Assembly (NCBI GenBank): GCA_965213675.1
Contig: OZ243916.1
Location: forward strand, 3,840,001-3,904,000
Origin: an uncultured Candidatus Binatia bacterium
Lineage (GTDB): Bacteria; Desulfobacterota; Binatia; UBA9968; JAJDTQ01
Direction of reading: 5' to 3'
DNA length: 64,000 nt
Part shown: positions 51,837 through 60,344 of the stretch, one piece after another
Layout of the letters: each line of letters opens with the position of its first letter
Position numbering within the stretch: the stretch's first letter is position 1
Position numbers and translations under genes: made by a program
The notes under the pieces: generated by a model
What the model was told of the DNA's origin: nothing
Seen by the model: the letters and a program-made list of their open reading frames with translations, nothing else
Databases searched by the model: none

Positions 51837-52590
51837 ACGTATCATCCCCTGTCTCGACGTGGATGCCGGCCGGGTGGTCAAGGGAATACGGTTCGTGGAG
51901 ATTCGCGACGCCGGGGATCCCGTGGAGGTGGCCCGGGCCTATGACGCGGCCGGCGCCGACGAACTCTGCTTCCTGGACATCACCGCGTCCCACGAGCAGC
52001 GCGGCATCATCCTGGACGTGGTGGCGCGCACCGCGGACGAAATCTTCATGCCCCTCACGGTGGGCGGCGGCATCCGTGAGAACGCCGACATCCGGCGGCT
52101 GCTCCAGGCCGGCGCCGATAAGGTCTCCATCAACACCGCGGCGGTTTCCCGCCCCGAATTTGTACGCGAAGCCGCCGAAACCTTCGGCAGCCAGTGCATC
52201 GTCGTGGCCATCGACGCCAAGCAGGTGGACGACCACTGGGAAGTCTTCACCCACGGCGGCCGCAATGCCACGGGCATCGACGCCTGCGCCTGGGCCGAGC
52301 GCATGGCCCAATACGGCGCCGGCGAAATTCTCCTCACCAGCATGGACCGCGACGGCACCAAGGACGGCTACGACCTGCCCCTGACCCGCGCCATCGCCGA
52401 CCGCGTCACGATACCCGTCATCGCCTCCGGTGGGGTGGGCTCACCCGAACACCTCTACGACGGTTTCAACCAAGGCCACGCCAGCGCCGCCCTGGCCGCC
52501 TCCATCTTCCACTACGGCGAGTACAGCATCGGCGAGTGCAAGCGCTATCTCGAGGAGCGGGGAATTCCGGTGCGGCCGGTGCAGGGCTGA
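51826..52590 (+). CDS. hisF: Imidazole glycerol phosphate synthase cyclase subunit
   Basis: [12 protein letters not shown] and [13 protein letters not shown] motifs. Confidence 0.97.
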   Translation: MLTKRIIPCLDVDAGRVVKGIRFVEIRDAGDPVEVARAYDAAGADELCFLDITASHEQRGIILDVVARTADEIFMPLTVGGGIRENADIRRLLQAGADKVSINTAAVSRPEFVREAAETFGSQCIVVAIDAKQVDDHWEVFTHGGRNATGIDACAWAERMAQYGAGEILLTSMDRDGTKDGYDLPLTRAIADRVTIPVIASGGVGSPEHLYDGFNQGHASAALAASIFHYGEYSIGECKRYLEERGIPVRPVQG

Positions 52591-52604
52591 ACGGTACCCC
52601 CGCT

Positions 52605-52633
52605 CCGTCACCTCGGGCTTGACCCCGGGGCCA
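52605..52633. repeat. REP-like hairpin downstream of hisF (left member of an inverted pair)
   Basis: CCGTCACCTCGGGCTTGACCCCGGGGCCA; similar to the reverse complement of 57764-57789. Confidence 0.7.
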
Positions 52634-52999
52634 GGCGGGGAGAGGGGGGCGCCTGGAGCAGACATGCCACGATCCCGCTCCTCGACCCCGGATCAAAGCT
52701 GGAGCATCTTGGCCACGACGTCCTTAATAGACTGTAATAATTATAGAAAATTCCCTTCTTCCGACGAACTGAAAGCGATAATCCCGTTTCAGTCATCAAA
52801 TCGAATGCATATTTTCTCAATATTGGGGCGTGATTCGGCAGTGTATGGCTACCGATTGGCATTTTCGAGCTTGGAGACCAATTCGAAGCCGCCATCCGGT
52901 GGCAACGGTGAGGTCGGACGGGATCGGGACGTTTGTGTTGGCGAGTAGGCCGCTGTAGGCCAATGCCTAGCTGCGATAGCAAGGAATTCCGCGGAGGTG

Positions 53000-53295
53000 A
53001 TGGTGACGGTCCTGCACGAAATCGTCGACTGGTCCGAGGACCGGTACCCCTGGCAGCGCGATGCGCTGCGGCGCCTTGCTGTCAGCGGCAGGCTATCGGA
53101 TGAAGACGTCCAGGAGCTCGCGGAGACCTGCAAGGCCGGGCATGGCCTCGCCGAGCCGCAGAACGTCGTTCCGCTTGCGCGGGAGCATGTTCCCGCCCAG
53201 GCAGGAACGGACACCCCGGTTTCGCTTGATTCCATATTCCATCAGCGGGGGGTGAACGCCCTTGCGGAGAACCAAACCCTCGGCTTCTCTCCTAG
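53000..53295 (+). pseudogene. N-terminal fragment of an AAA/SMC-like ATPase, interrupted by IS5
   Basis: GGAGG RBS; VLHEIVDWS..PWQRDALRRL...GVNALAENQTLGFSP ends at the IS boundary, just before where the Walker A motif would begin. Confidence 0.7.
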
Positions 53296-54590
53296 CAGGC
53301 CGTGGAAAAACGCCTAGATTTGAGCGTTTGTGAGTGATTCGATGGAAAATCCGGCTTCAGGGCATCGAGATAGACTTGTTTCACCGGCCATTTCAGGCCA
53401 GCGGGCGCGGCGCAGACGCCCGGAGGCCATGGACGCATGCTCAACGTCCGACTCCCAGGGTACGCAGTCGCACCAGGTTGTAGACGGCGAAGGTGAGGGT
53501 GAACTGGAAGTCGACCTTGGGCAGGCCCCGGTGCTTGAGTTTGCGCATGCCTCCGATGGTCTTGGCCCAGCCGATGCCTTCCTCGATCCGTTTGCGGATG
53601 CGCTGGCTCACCGCGTAACCACGGTGACGGGTGGTGCGCCGGTCAATGGCGGAACGCTGGCGGGTGTCGTTCTGGGCCACATGCGGACTGACGTTGGCGC
53701 AGCGCAGTCCCTCCACAAAGTCTTTTGTATCGTATCCCTTGTCCGCCCCGAGGGTGAGCCGATCGGTGCCGGGACGCGCCGCAATCATCGCCAAGCCCGC
53801 CTCGCGCTCAGCCCGGCCGCCGGCTTCGGTGGTACGGGTATCGACGATCAGTCCATGGCGGTTATCCATCAACGCATGGCCCAGGTAGCGCAGCTTCGCT
53901 TCCTGTCCCTGGCCCTTGCGGTACAGCCGTGCCTGCGGATCGGTGCTCGACTGGTGGGTCGCATTGCTGCGCTTCTCGCCGTGGAAGTCCGCCTCCGCAT
54001 TGCGTCCGCCGCCACCAAGCCGTCCGCCTCCGTCTTTCGGCCGGAACGACTTCATCGACGCCCACGCCTCCAGCAACGTCCCGTCCACGCTGAAGTGTTC
54101 ATCCGACAAAAGGCGTCCTTCCCGGGCCTGGCCCAGTATCTGCCCGAAAAAGGCCCGCGCCATGTCCGACCCGATCAACCGCTGTCGGTTCTTGGTGAAC
54201 GTCGAGTGGCCCACACCGGATCGTCCATCGACAGTCCCACAAACCACCGGAACAGCAAGTTGTAGTCCAGTTGCTCCACCAACAACCGTTCGCAACGGAT
54301 CGAGTAAAGCACCTGAAGCAGCAACGCACGCAGCAACTGCTCCGGCGCTATCGAAGGCCGCCCCGTGTGCGAGTACATCTCCTCAAACTCCCGCGTCACT
54401 CCTTCAAGCGCACGGTTCACCATCTTCCGTATCGCTCGCAATGGATGGTCCGCAGGCACCCGCGCCTCCGGCGACACATAGCTGAACATCCCTTCCTGAC
54501 GCGGATCCGTTCCTCTCATCCCTTACTCCCGGTCGATACCAATATGTTATTTACTGTTATCCGCGTCAGGCAGAGTTTTTCAACAACCTG
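53296..54590 (-). mobile_element. IS5-family insertion sequence (1295 bp)
   Basis: Imperfect TIRs CAGGCCGTGGAAAAAC / GTTTTTCAACAACCTG; flanks CTAG and TTAG. Confidence 0.88.
53441..54519 (-). pseudogene. IS5-family DDE transposase with a 1-nt frameshift near 54210
   Basis: Frame 1 MRGTD...GRPSIAPEQLLRALLLQ...MDDPVW; frame 2 HSTFTKNR...FSVDGTLLEAWAS...ADKGYD...RKRIEE. TGG GCC ACT suggests a lost A (W-D-H). Confidence 0.88.
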
Positions 54591-54594
54591 TTAG

Positions 54595-54753
54595 GAGGTT
54601 GCGCTGCAGGAATTCACGGCTGCAAATCCGCTCTCATCCGTCCCTTCGGCCGCTCGATTTCATCAAATATGACCTGATATTCTCCTCAATCGACCAGCCA
54701 AAAGGACGGCGATAGCGAATTTTCGCTTTCGCGAATTCCTACGGCGCAAGCTC
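54595..54753 (-). mobile_element. 159-bp MITE-like element, family A, copy 3, abutting IS5
   Basis: TTAG|GAGGTTGCGCTGCAGGAATTC ... GAATTCCTACGGCGCAAGCTC|CTAG. Confidence 0.9.
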
Positions 54754-54829
54754 CTAGACGACCTGCCGTCGCGATTGCCTCGTACTCTATGGATGACGTG
54801 TGCAGTTGTGCCCGACAGTCAAGGTCACC

Positions 54830-55882
54830 TTAACGTGGATCATCCAGGCTGTTCAGCGCCTGTTCGATCCGATTAGCAGACGCCAGGATTTCGTCGAAGG
54901 CAGGGGCCTCACCGAAGATCATGGCGGTCGTGTTGGTGTAGTCGCGGGAGAGAGCGTCAACCATTGCTCCGGTCGGTGCGATTGCAAACGTCCCCGGCGC
55001 TGCCGAGGAAAGGTCGTAGTCGGGCCGATCAAAGAACATGCGGGCTTGCCGCACGCAATCGGTGCCTAGATCCCGGTTCGCGAGGGCCGGCTTACCGACG
55101 TCCGAGCGAAGCAGGCAATGGAGATCGTAGTAGTGTCGCGAGACGCGCTGCCCCTCTTGCCGCAAAACGCCGCGCCGCTCATGCCAGCGGCGCAGGCCAT
55201 GTGCGATCACCACCTTGTCCCAGAAGGTGCGAATTGCGTCGATTGTGGTTACTCCGTCGATTTCCAAGTCGAGGCCGACGGTATCTTCGGCGATATAGGG
55301 TTGGATCGTGACTGGGCGGTGGGGATCAAGAGCAGACTTCGCGCCGGATTCGATCCGCACGAGGGGCTGCACATAGGTTTCATCGCGCGGCTCGACCTCG
55401 GGATACCAGACGAGCAATGTCTGCCCGTCAGGATCGGCGTCGTCGATCTCGATACGTCCGGCGCCGCCAGTGACGTCTGTGATCTGCACATGCAGAAATT
55501 CCCGGAGCGGCCCGGTGATATAGGCTTGGCATGCATCCCTGATCGCGTCGAGTCGGGCCCGGCGCCTCTTTCGCGACAAGACCTCCAGTTCCTCGACCGA
55601 GGCCGGTTCATCGAGGTCCTCGCGGAACACAGTGATGTCGATATCCTCGGAGAAGCGCTGGATCAGGCCGTAAGCTTTCGACAGGGATGTGCCGCCCTTG
55701 AAGAGGAGGCGAGGGCAGCCGACTGGTCGCTCGCGATAAAGCGCGTTCAACGTCCAGCAGACCCAGAAGTCCTTCTCGACATGATTGACTGGGGCTCCGA
55801 TCCGGTTGGCAGCGGCGAGAAAAAGATCGAGACGATCGCGCGAGGACGCGGTGCAGATTTGTCTGTAGGCCGCGGCTGTCAC
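54830..55882 (-). CDS. abiEii: AbiEii/AbiGii nucleotidyltransferase toxin (type IV TA)
   Basis: VEKDFWV, FKGGTSLSK, RFSEDID, RTFWDK and SRHYYDL motifs; GTGA overlap with the antitoxin. Confidence 0.92.
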   Translation of the reverse strand: MTAAAYRQICTASSRDRLDLFLAAANRIGAPVNHVEKDFWVCWTLNALYRERPVGCPRLLFKGGTSLSKAYGLIQRFSEDIDITVFREDLDEPASVEELEVLSRKRRRARLDAIRDACQAYITGPLREFLHVQITDVTGGAGRIEIDDADPDGQTLLVWYPEVEPRDETYVQPLVRIESGAKSALDPHRPVTIQPYIAEDTVGLDLEIDGVTTIDAIRTFWDKVVIAHGLRRWHERRGVLRQEGQRVSRHYYDLHCLLRSDVGKPALANRDLGTDCVRQARMFFDRPDYDLSSAAPGTFAIAPTGAMVDALSRDYTNTTAMIFGEAPAFDEILASANRIEQALNSLDDPR

Positions 55883-56547
55883 GGGTGTCCCTCTTCTACA
55901 TCGGAGGCGCCCAGCAGATCGCGCAGGAATTCCTGCATCCAGATCGGCAGTGCGGAAAAGCCCTCCTCCAGATCGTCGCGGATCGCCTGTCCATGCCGGG
56001 GGTCCGCGAGAATGCGGCGCAACGCGGTCCGGATGCGTTGCCGCTCGTCGTCCCGGGACAGCATGTCCTGCATCCAGTGCAGCGCCTGAACCACCCGCAT
56101 GGCTGGTCGTCCGGCCCAGTAGAGGCGGCTGGGCGCCGCATATCGGAAATGTATTTCCTGGCGGCCCAGCCTGATCGGCCTCAACCGCGCATCGACCAGA
56201 ACCTCGATCCGCGCCGGCACGGCGGTGGTGAGGCCGAGCTCGTTGGCGGCGGTCATGCCGTCGATGACAGCGCGAGCTTGGTCCCGGCGGGTGACGGCAC
56301 GGATGACGGCGCGGTAGTCGGACACGGTTGGACGCCCGGTCAACCCATTGGTACGCGGATGGTCGTAGAGTCCACGGTCGATGCGACGTAGATCGCCGGC
56401 GGCAACCAAGCGCTGCAAGGTCTTGTCGACGGCGGCGCGATTGCCGAGGTCTGCAAAATCGCCGGGGACCCAGACCTCGTCCGGTTTGGCCGCTATCCGT
56501 GCGAGGAGGCGGGAGCGCAAACCGCTATCTCGCATCAACACTGTCAT
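55879..56547 (-). CDS. abiEi: AbiEi-like (DUF6088-type) antitoxin/transcriptional regulator
   Basis: wHTH DFADLGNRAAVDKTLQRLV...RRIDRGLY; AANELGLTTAVP. Confidence 0.85.
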   Translation of the reverse strand: MTVLMRDSGLRSRLLARIAAKPDEVWVPGDFADLGNRAAVDKTLQRLVAAGDLRRIDRGLYDHPRTNGLTGRPTVSDYRAVIRAVTRRDQARAVIDGMTAANELGLTTAVPARIEVLVDARLRPIRLGRQEIHFRYAAPSRLYWAGRPAMRVVQALHWMQDMLSRDDERQRIRTALRRILADPRHGQAIRDDLEEGFSALPIWMQEFLRDLLGASDVEEGHP

Positions 56548-56598
56548 GTCCGAACTATGGCACATATTTCCGACAATTCAAGTGCTGTCCGAAATATG
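56547..56598 (-). promoter_or_regulatory. AbiE promoter with putative autoregulatory operator repeats
   Basis: Inverted repeat CATATTTCCGACA-N10-TGTCCGAAATATG (56563-56598); third half-site TGTCCGAACTATG (56547-56559); minus-strand TTGAAT-N16-CATAGT. Confidence 0.65.
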
Positions 56599-57018
56599 CT
56601 TCAATCTTCGGGCAAGAGACGCGCGGTCAAGCAGGGAAGACTGTCGCGGTCCTTCACGAGCGGCCGGCGGCTATAACCGGAAGCGAGCCGAAACTTGTCT
56701 TCGGCGGAAGGGGAGCCGGCAGTGGGGCTGCGGCGTTCCGGCGAACGTGAGACAGTGGGGGTCGGTTATCGTCATGGACGCGAAGGAACGCCGGAAAGTT
56801 CTGGCCTTTGTCAGAACGCTTGCACTGATGTGCGCTAGGCAAACGATGCTCGAAACTCTGCGCCGGGAGCTGACGCCGGTCGGCACGGTAACTTGGTGAG
56901 AGGGCGGGATTTTCGGGGGCCGGTGTTCGGCGGCTGTCAAGAGTTGCTGAAGGCGAGAGCGAGTGGCGCGTGAGTGGACGCCATGCAGGAAGGCGCCCGC
57001 CCGGGGGAGCGAAGCGGC

Positions 57019-57340
57019 ATGCTGAGCAGGGTGGCCAGGCTATAGCTGACCAGCACGGCTGTCGCGCCCGTGTTGTTGGCATACGCATGGGTCGCTTACC
57101 AAGAAGACAAGGAGTGTCTGGCCGCGCTGCTCTTGGCGGGATGCGCAGGTCTTTTCCTGCTGTGCGTATTCCTGTTCCGCTATGCAAGAATGAACCTTGA
57201 ACGCATGACGTTCGAAGCCGTTGCGGTGGAAGCGGCGGATCGCGAGAACATTGCCTTTCTGCTGTTTTATTTGTTGCCGCTGTTCACTGACGATATCGCG
57301 TCGTTCAACTGGCAAGTGTAGATTCCGGCCTTACTCCTCC
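57019..57340 (+). pseudogene. KwaA-like (Kiwa anti-phage) membrane protein remnant
   Basis: MLSRVARL*LTSTAVAPVLLAYAWVAY...VEAADRENIAFLLFYLLPLF...NWQV*IP; in-frame TAG at 57043 and 57319, then truncated. Family assignment by recall. Confidence 0.6.
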
Positions 57341-57547
57341 ACGGTCCAATCGCCGACCGGCCCCAGGGTGGCCCGCTTCAAGCCTGCCGGCCGGCTCGAC
57401 TGGACGATGTAGAGCTTGCGCTCGGTGGCATGGGACCCTGACCCCGAAGCCGGCGAGGTCGCGGTCTCAGAAGATGGCGTCCTTGCCGCCGGGCTTGAGC
57501 CCGTCCACAATCCGCTTGCTGAGCCTGAGGGTGCGCCGTTTCGGCAT
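57331..57547 (-). pseudogene. Tyrosine integrase N-terminal arm-DNA-binding domain remnant
   Basis: MPKRRTLRLSKRIVDGLKPGGKDAIF*DRDLAGFGVRV, frameshift, HATERKLYIVQSSRPAGLKRATLGPVGDWTVEE*. Confidence 0.78.
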
Positions 57548-57762
57548 GGTCGCGCTCCGCCCCGAAATGCCCGCATGCTAGTCATCAAACCGAATACGGG
57601 CGGCATCAAATCGGGGCCGATTGAAGGCGATGCCTGACGGTAAGTCAAAGGCCATGAAATCGATGAGGAAATAAAAATACTAATCATCATAGTTCATTAT
57701 CATACCAGCGGCACTGGACGGCGGCTGATGGCAGGGATCGGCGACAAGTCAACAAGTCAATG

Positions 57763-57789
57763 CGACCCCGGATCAAAGCCGGGGTGACG
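57763..57789. repeat. Complete REP-like arm and putative right attachment site
   Basis: CGACCCCGGATCAAAGCCGGGGTGACG, preceded by tandem ACAAGTCA x2 (57744-57759). Confidence 0.7.
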
Positions 57790-57870
57790 CCGTGGGGTCC
57801 GGGGTGGCGGCGCCAGGGTGCTCGAGTGGCGCTCGGGGCGACGAGTGGGTAGGGATCGGGCGCCGACGGA

Positions 57871-58815
57871 TCAGCCGCTCTCCAGCTCGGTGAGAAACCG
57901 TTCCGCGTCGATGGCCGCCATGCAGCCGCTGCCCGCGGCGGTGACGGCCTGGCGATAGATGCGGTCCTGGACGTCGCCGCAGGCGAAGACGCCTTCCAGG
58001 GTGGTCTTGGTGCCGTCGTGGGTCTTGATGTAACCCAGCTCGTCCATCTCCAGTACGCCCTCGAAGAGTTGTGAATTGGGCTGGTGGCCGATGGCGATGA
58101 AGACGCCGTCGCAGGCGACGTGCTGGTCCTTGCCGGTCTTGACGTTCCGCAGGGTGACGCCGGTGACGCCGCCGGCTTGGGCGTCGCCGTGGATGTCTTC
58201 CACGGTGGAGTTCCACAGGAACTCGATCCTGGGGTTGGCGCGGGCGCGGTCCTGCATGATTCTGGAGGCACGGAGCTGGTCGCGGCGGTGCACGATGCTG
58301 ACCTTGGTGGCGAACTTGGTGAGGAAGGTCGCCTCTTCGATGGCGGTGTCGCCGCCGCCCACCACGATGAGTTCCTTGTCCTTGAAGAAGAAGCCGTCGC
58401 AGGTGGCGCAGGCGGAGACGCCGTGGCCCATGAGCCGGTTCTCGGCTTCGAGGCCGAGCAGCTTGGCGGTGGCGCCAGTGGCGATGATGAGGGCGTCGCA
58501 GGTGTAGCGGTCCTTGCCAGCCTGCAGCGTGATGGGCCGGGCGCCGGGTTCGACGGCGGTGACGTCCCCGAACACGATCTTCGTGCCGAAGCGTTCCGCC
58601 TGCTTGCGGAACTGATCCATCATGTCCGGGCCCATGATGCCATCCGGGAAGCCGGGATAGTTCTCGACGTCGGTGGTGATGGTGAGTTGGCCGCCGGGCT
58701 GGGAGCCCTCCACCACCAGCGGCTCAAGGTTGGCGCGGGCCGTGTAGAGGGCGGCGGTGAGCCCCGCTGCTCCGGAACCGAGTATGATGACGCGGTAGTG
58801 AATCTGGTCTGCCAT
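57871..58815 (-). CDS. trxB: Thioredoxin reductase
   Basis: [18 protein letters not shown] and [10 protein letters not shown] motifs. Confidence 0.97.
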   Translation of the reverse strand: MADQIHYRVIILGSGAAGLTAALYTARANLEPLVVEGSQPGGQLTITTDVENYPGFPDGIMGPDMMDQFRKQAERFGTKIVFGDVTAVEPGARPITLQAGKDRYTCDALIIATGATAKLLGLEAENRLMGHGVSACATCDGFFFKDKELIVVGGGDTAIEEATFLTKFATKVSIVHRRDQLRASRIMQDRARANPRIEFLWNSTVEDIHGDAQAGGVTGVTLRNVKTGKDQHVACDGVFIAIGHQPNSQLFEGVLEMDELGYIKTHDGTKTTLEGVFACGDVQDRIYRQAVTAAGSGCMAAIDAERFLTELESG

Positions 58816-58923
58816 GGAGTCGGTTCATATCATACGGGTATCCTCCCTTGTAGGTCGGAGGTGATTTGCGCTTTTGCATGGGCGGCTTTGAAAGATAGAC
58901 TTGTGTGCAGCGGAGGACTCGCA

Positions 58924-59400
58924 ATGGCAAATTTGTCTCATATCGATGAGCAGGGCCGGGTACGGATGGTGGACGTCACCGGCAAGGACGTGACCGAGCG
59001 TGTGGCGGTGGCGCATGGGGTGGTCACCCTGCGCGGGGAGACCCTGGCGGCCATCGCCGAGGGGCAGATTCCCAAGGGCGATGTGCTCACGGTGGCGCGC
59101 ATCGCCGGGATCATGGCGGCCAAGAAGACGGCCGAGCTGATTCCCATGTGCCATCCCCTCAACATCAGCGGGGTCGAGGTCAAGCTGACTCCCCGCCAGG
59201 AGCCGCCGTCCGTGGAGATCGAGGCCAGCGTGCGCCTCGCCGGCAGGACCGGTGTGGAAATGGAAGCGCTCACCGCGGTCTCGGTGGCGGGGCTCACCAT
59301 CTATGACATGTGCAAGGCCGTGGACCGGGAAATGACCCTCGGCGCCATTCGCCTCATGCACAAGAGCGGCGGCAAGAGCGGCACCTTCGAGAGGCCATAG
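58924..59400 (+). CDS. moaC: Cyclic pyranopterin monophosphate synthase
   Basis: [24 protein letters not shown] and KSGGKSG motifs. Confidence 0.97.
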   Translation: MANLSHIDEQGRVRMVDVTGKDVTERVAVAHGVVTLRGETLAAIAEGQIPKGDVLTVARIAGIMAAKKTAELIPMCHPLNISGVEVKLTPRQEPPSVEIEASVRLAGRTGVEMEALTAVSVAGLTIYDMCKAVDREMTLGAIRLMHKSGGKSGTFERP

Positions 59401-59521
59401 AGCATCTCCAGGTTCTAAAGTCTCCCTCAAAGAGGCCGAACTATTTCATGAACGCGGGTACCGGTGCGTCCGGCCGCCGGGTCGCCCGGGTGTCCGTTGT
59501 GTGTTCGTCAACCCGGAGTTC

Positions 59522-60208
59522 ATGATGACGCGAATCAACCAATGGCCCGTGGAGGACCGTCCGCGGGAGAAGCTGCTCGAACGGGGCGCGGAGCACCTGA
59601 CGGCAGCGGAGTTGCTGGCGATTCTGCTGGGCACGGGCAGCGCCGGAGAGCAGCAGAGCGCCATGGATCATGCGCGGCTCCTGTTACTGCATTTCGGCGG
59701 GCTCCAAGGCATCGACGATGCTTCCGTGGCCGAGTTGACGGTGCTCAAGGGTATGGGGAACGCCAAGGCGGCCCGCCTCAAGGCGTCCCTGGAACTGGGG
59801 CGCCGCCGCGAGGACCTGCGTTGCGAGACCGGCCAGTTGCTCAGTTCGCCAGACGAGGTGTTCCGTCATTTTCGCCCGCGGTGCGTCAACGCCAAACGCG
59901 AGTCGTTCTACGTCGTCATGCTGAACAACCGGAACCGCAAGATTCGAGAAGTGAAGATATCGGAGGGTTCGCTCACCGCTTCCGTGGTGCACCCGCGCGA
60001 GGTGTACAATCCCGTGATCCGGGAATCCGCCGCCGGGGTCATCTTCGTCCACAACCATCCCAGCGGCGACCCCTCTCCGAGCCGGGAGGACATGGAGATC
60101 ACCCAGCGTCTCCGCCAGGTGGGCGAAGTGCTCGGGGTGCGTGTGCACGACCACGTGGTGTTGGGACACGACCGTTTCTTCAGCTTCAACCGGGAGGGAC
60201 TTCTGTGA
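59522..60208 (+). CDS. radC: RadC (JAB domain) family protein
   Basis: DRPREKL, VHPREV, HNHPSGDPSPSRED and DHVV motifs. Confidence 0.95.
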   Translation: MMTRINQWPVEDRPREKLLERGAEHLTAAELLAILLGTGSAGEQQSAMDHARLLLLHFGGLQGIDDASVAELTVLKGMGNAKAARLKASLELGRRREDLRCETGQLLSSPDEVFRHFRPRCVNAKRESFYVVMLNNRNRKIREVKISEGSLTASVVHPREVYNPVIRESAAGVIFVHNHPSGDPSPSREDMEITQRLRQVGEVLGVRVHDHVVLGHDRFFSFNREGLL

Positions 60209-60344
60209 GCGGCTTGACCGCCCACCGCGCGACGGAGTAGGTTAACCCGGCCATTTCATTGAAGGATGGGGGCCAGCGCCAGGTCCGTATTCCTTGGTGG
60301 AACAGGCTGTTCAACCGCAATCGCGTTCAGGGAGGCCAGCCAGC

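Larger units (their letters stand above)
52683..57779. mobile_element. Decayed integrative defence island between hisF and trxB, bounded by 17-bp direct repeats
   Basis: CGACCCCGGATCAAAGC at 52683-52699 and 57763-57779; lower-GC interior; integrase remnant, IS5, AbiE, KwaA-like and ATPase pseudogenes. Confidence 0.75.

Noticed and set aside
52700-52948. AT-rich stretch at the left end of the island
   Set aside because: Probably a foreign gene fragment, but no start codon or motif could be identified.
54175-54295. Programmed frameshift in the IS5 transposase
   Set aside because: No slippery A-run at the junction; a single-base loss in a Trp-Asp-His stretch explains it.
56774-56899. 41-aa ORF MDAKERRKVLAFVRTLALMCARQ... 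in the island
   Set aside because: No clear RBS or recognisable family; cannot be supported as a gene.
57043-57321. Two in-frame TAG codons suggesting amber recoding
   Set aside because: They fit single changes from TTG (Leu) and TGG (Trp), the gene is truncated, TAG is a normal stop throughout the window, and prfA is intact.
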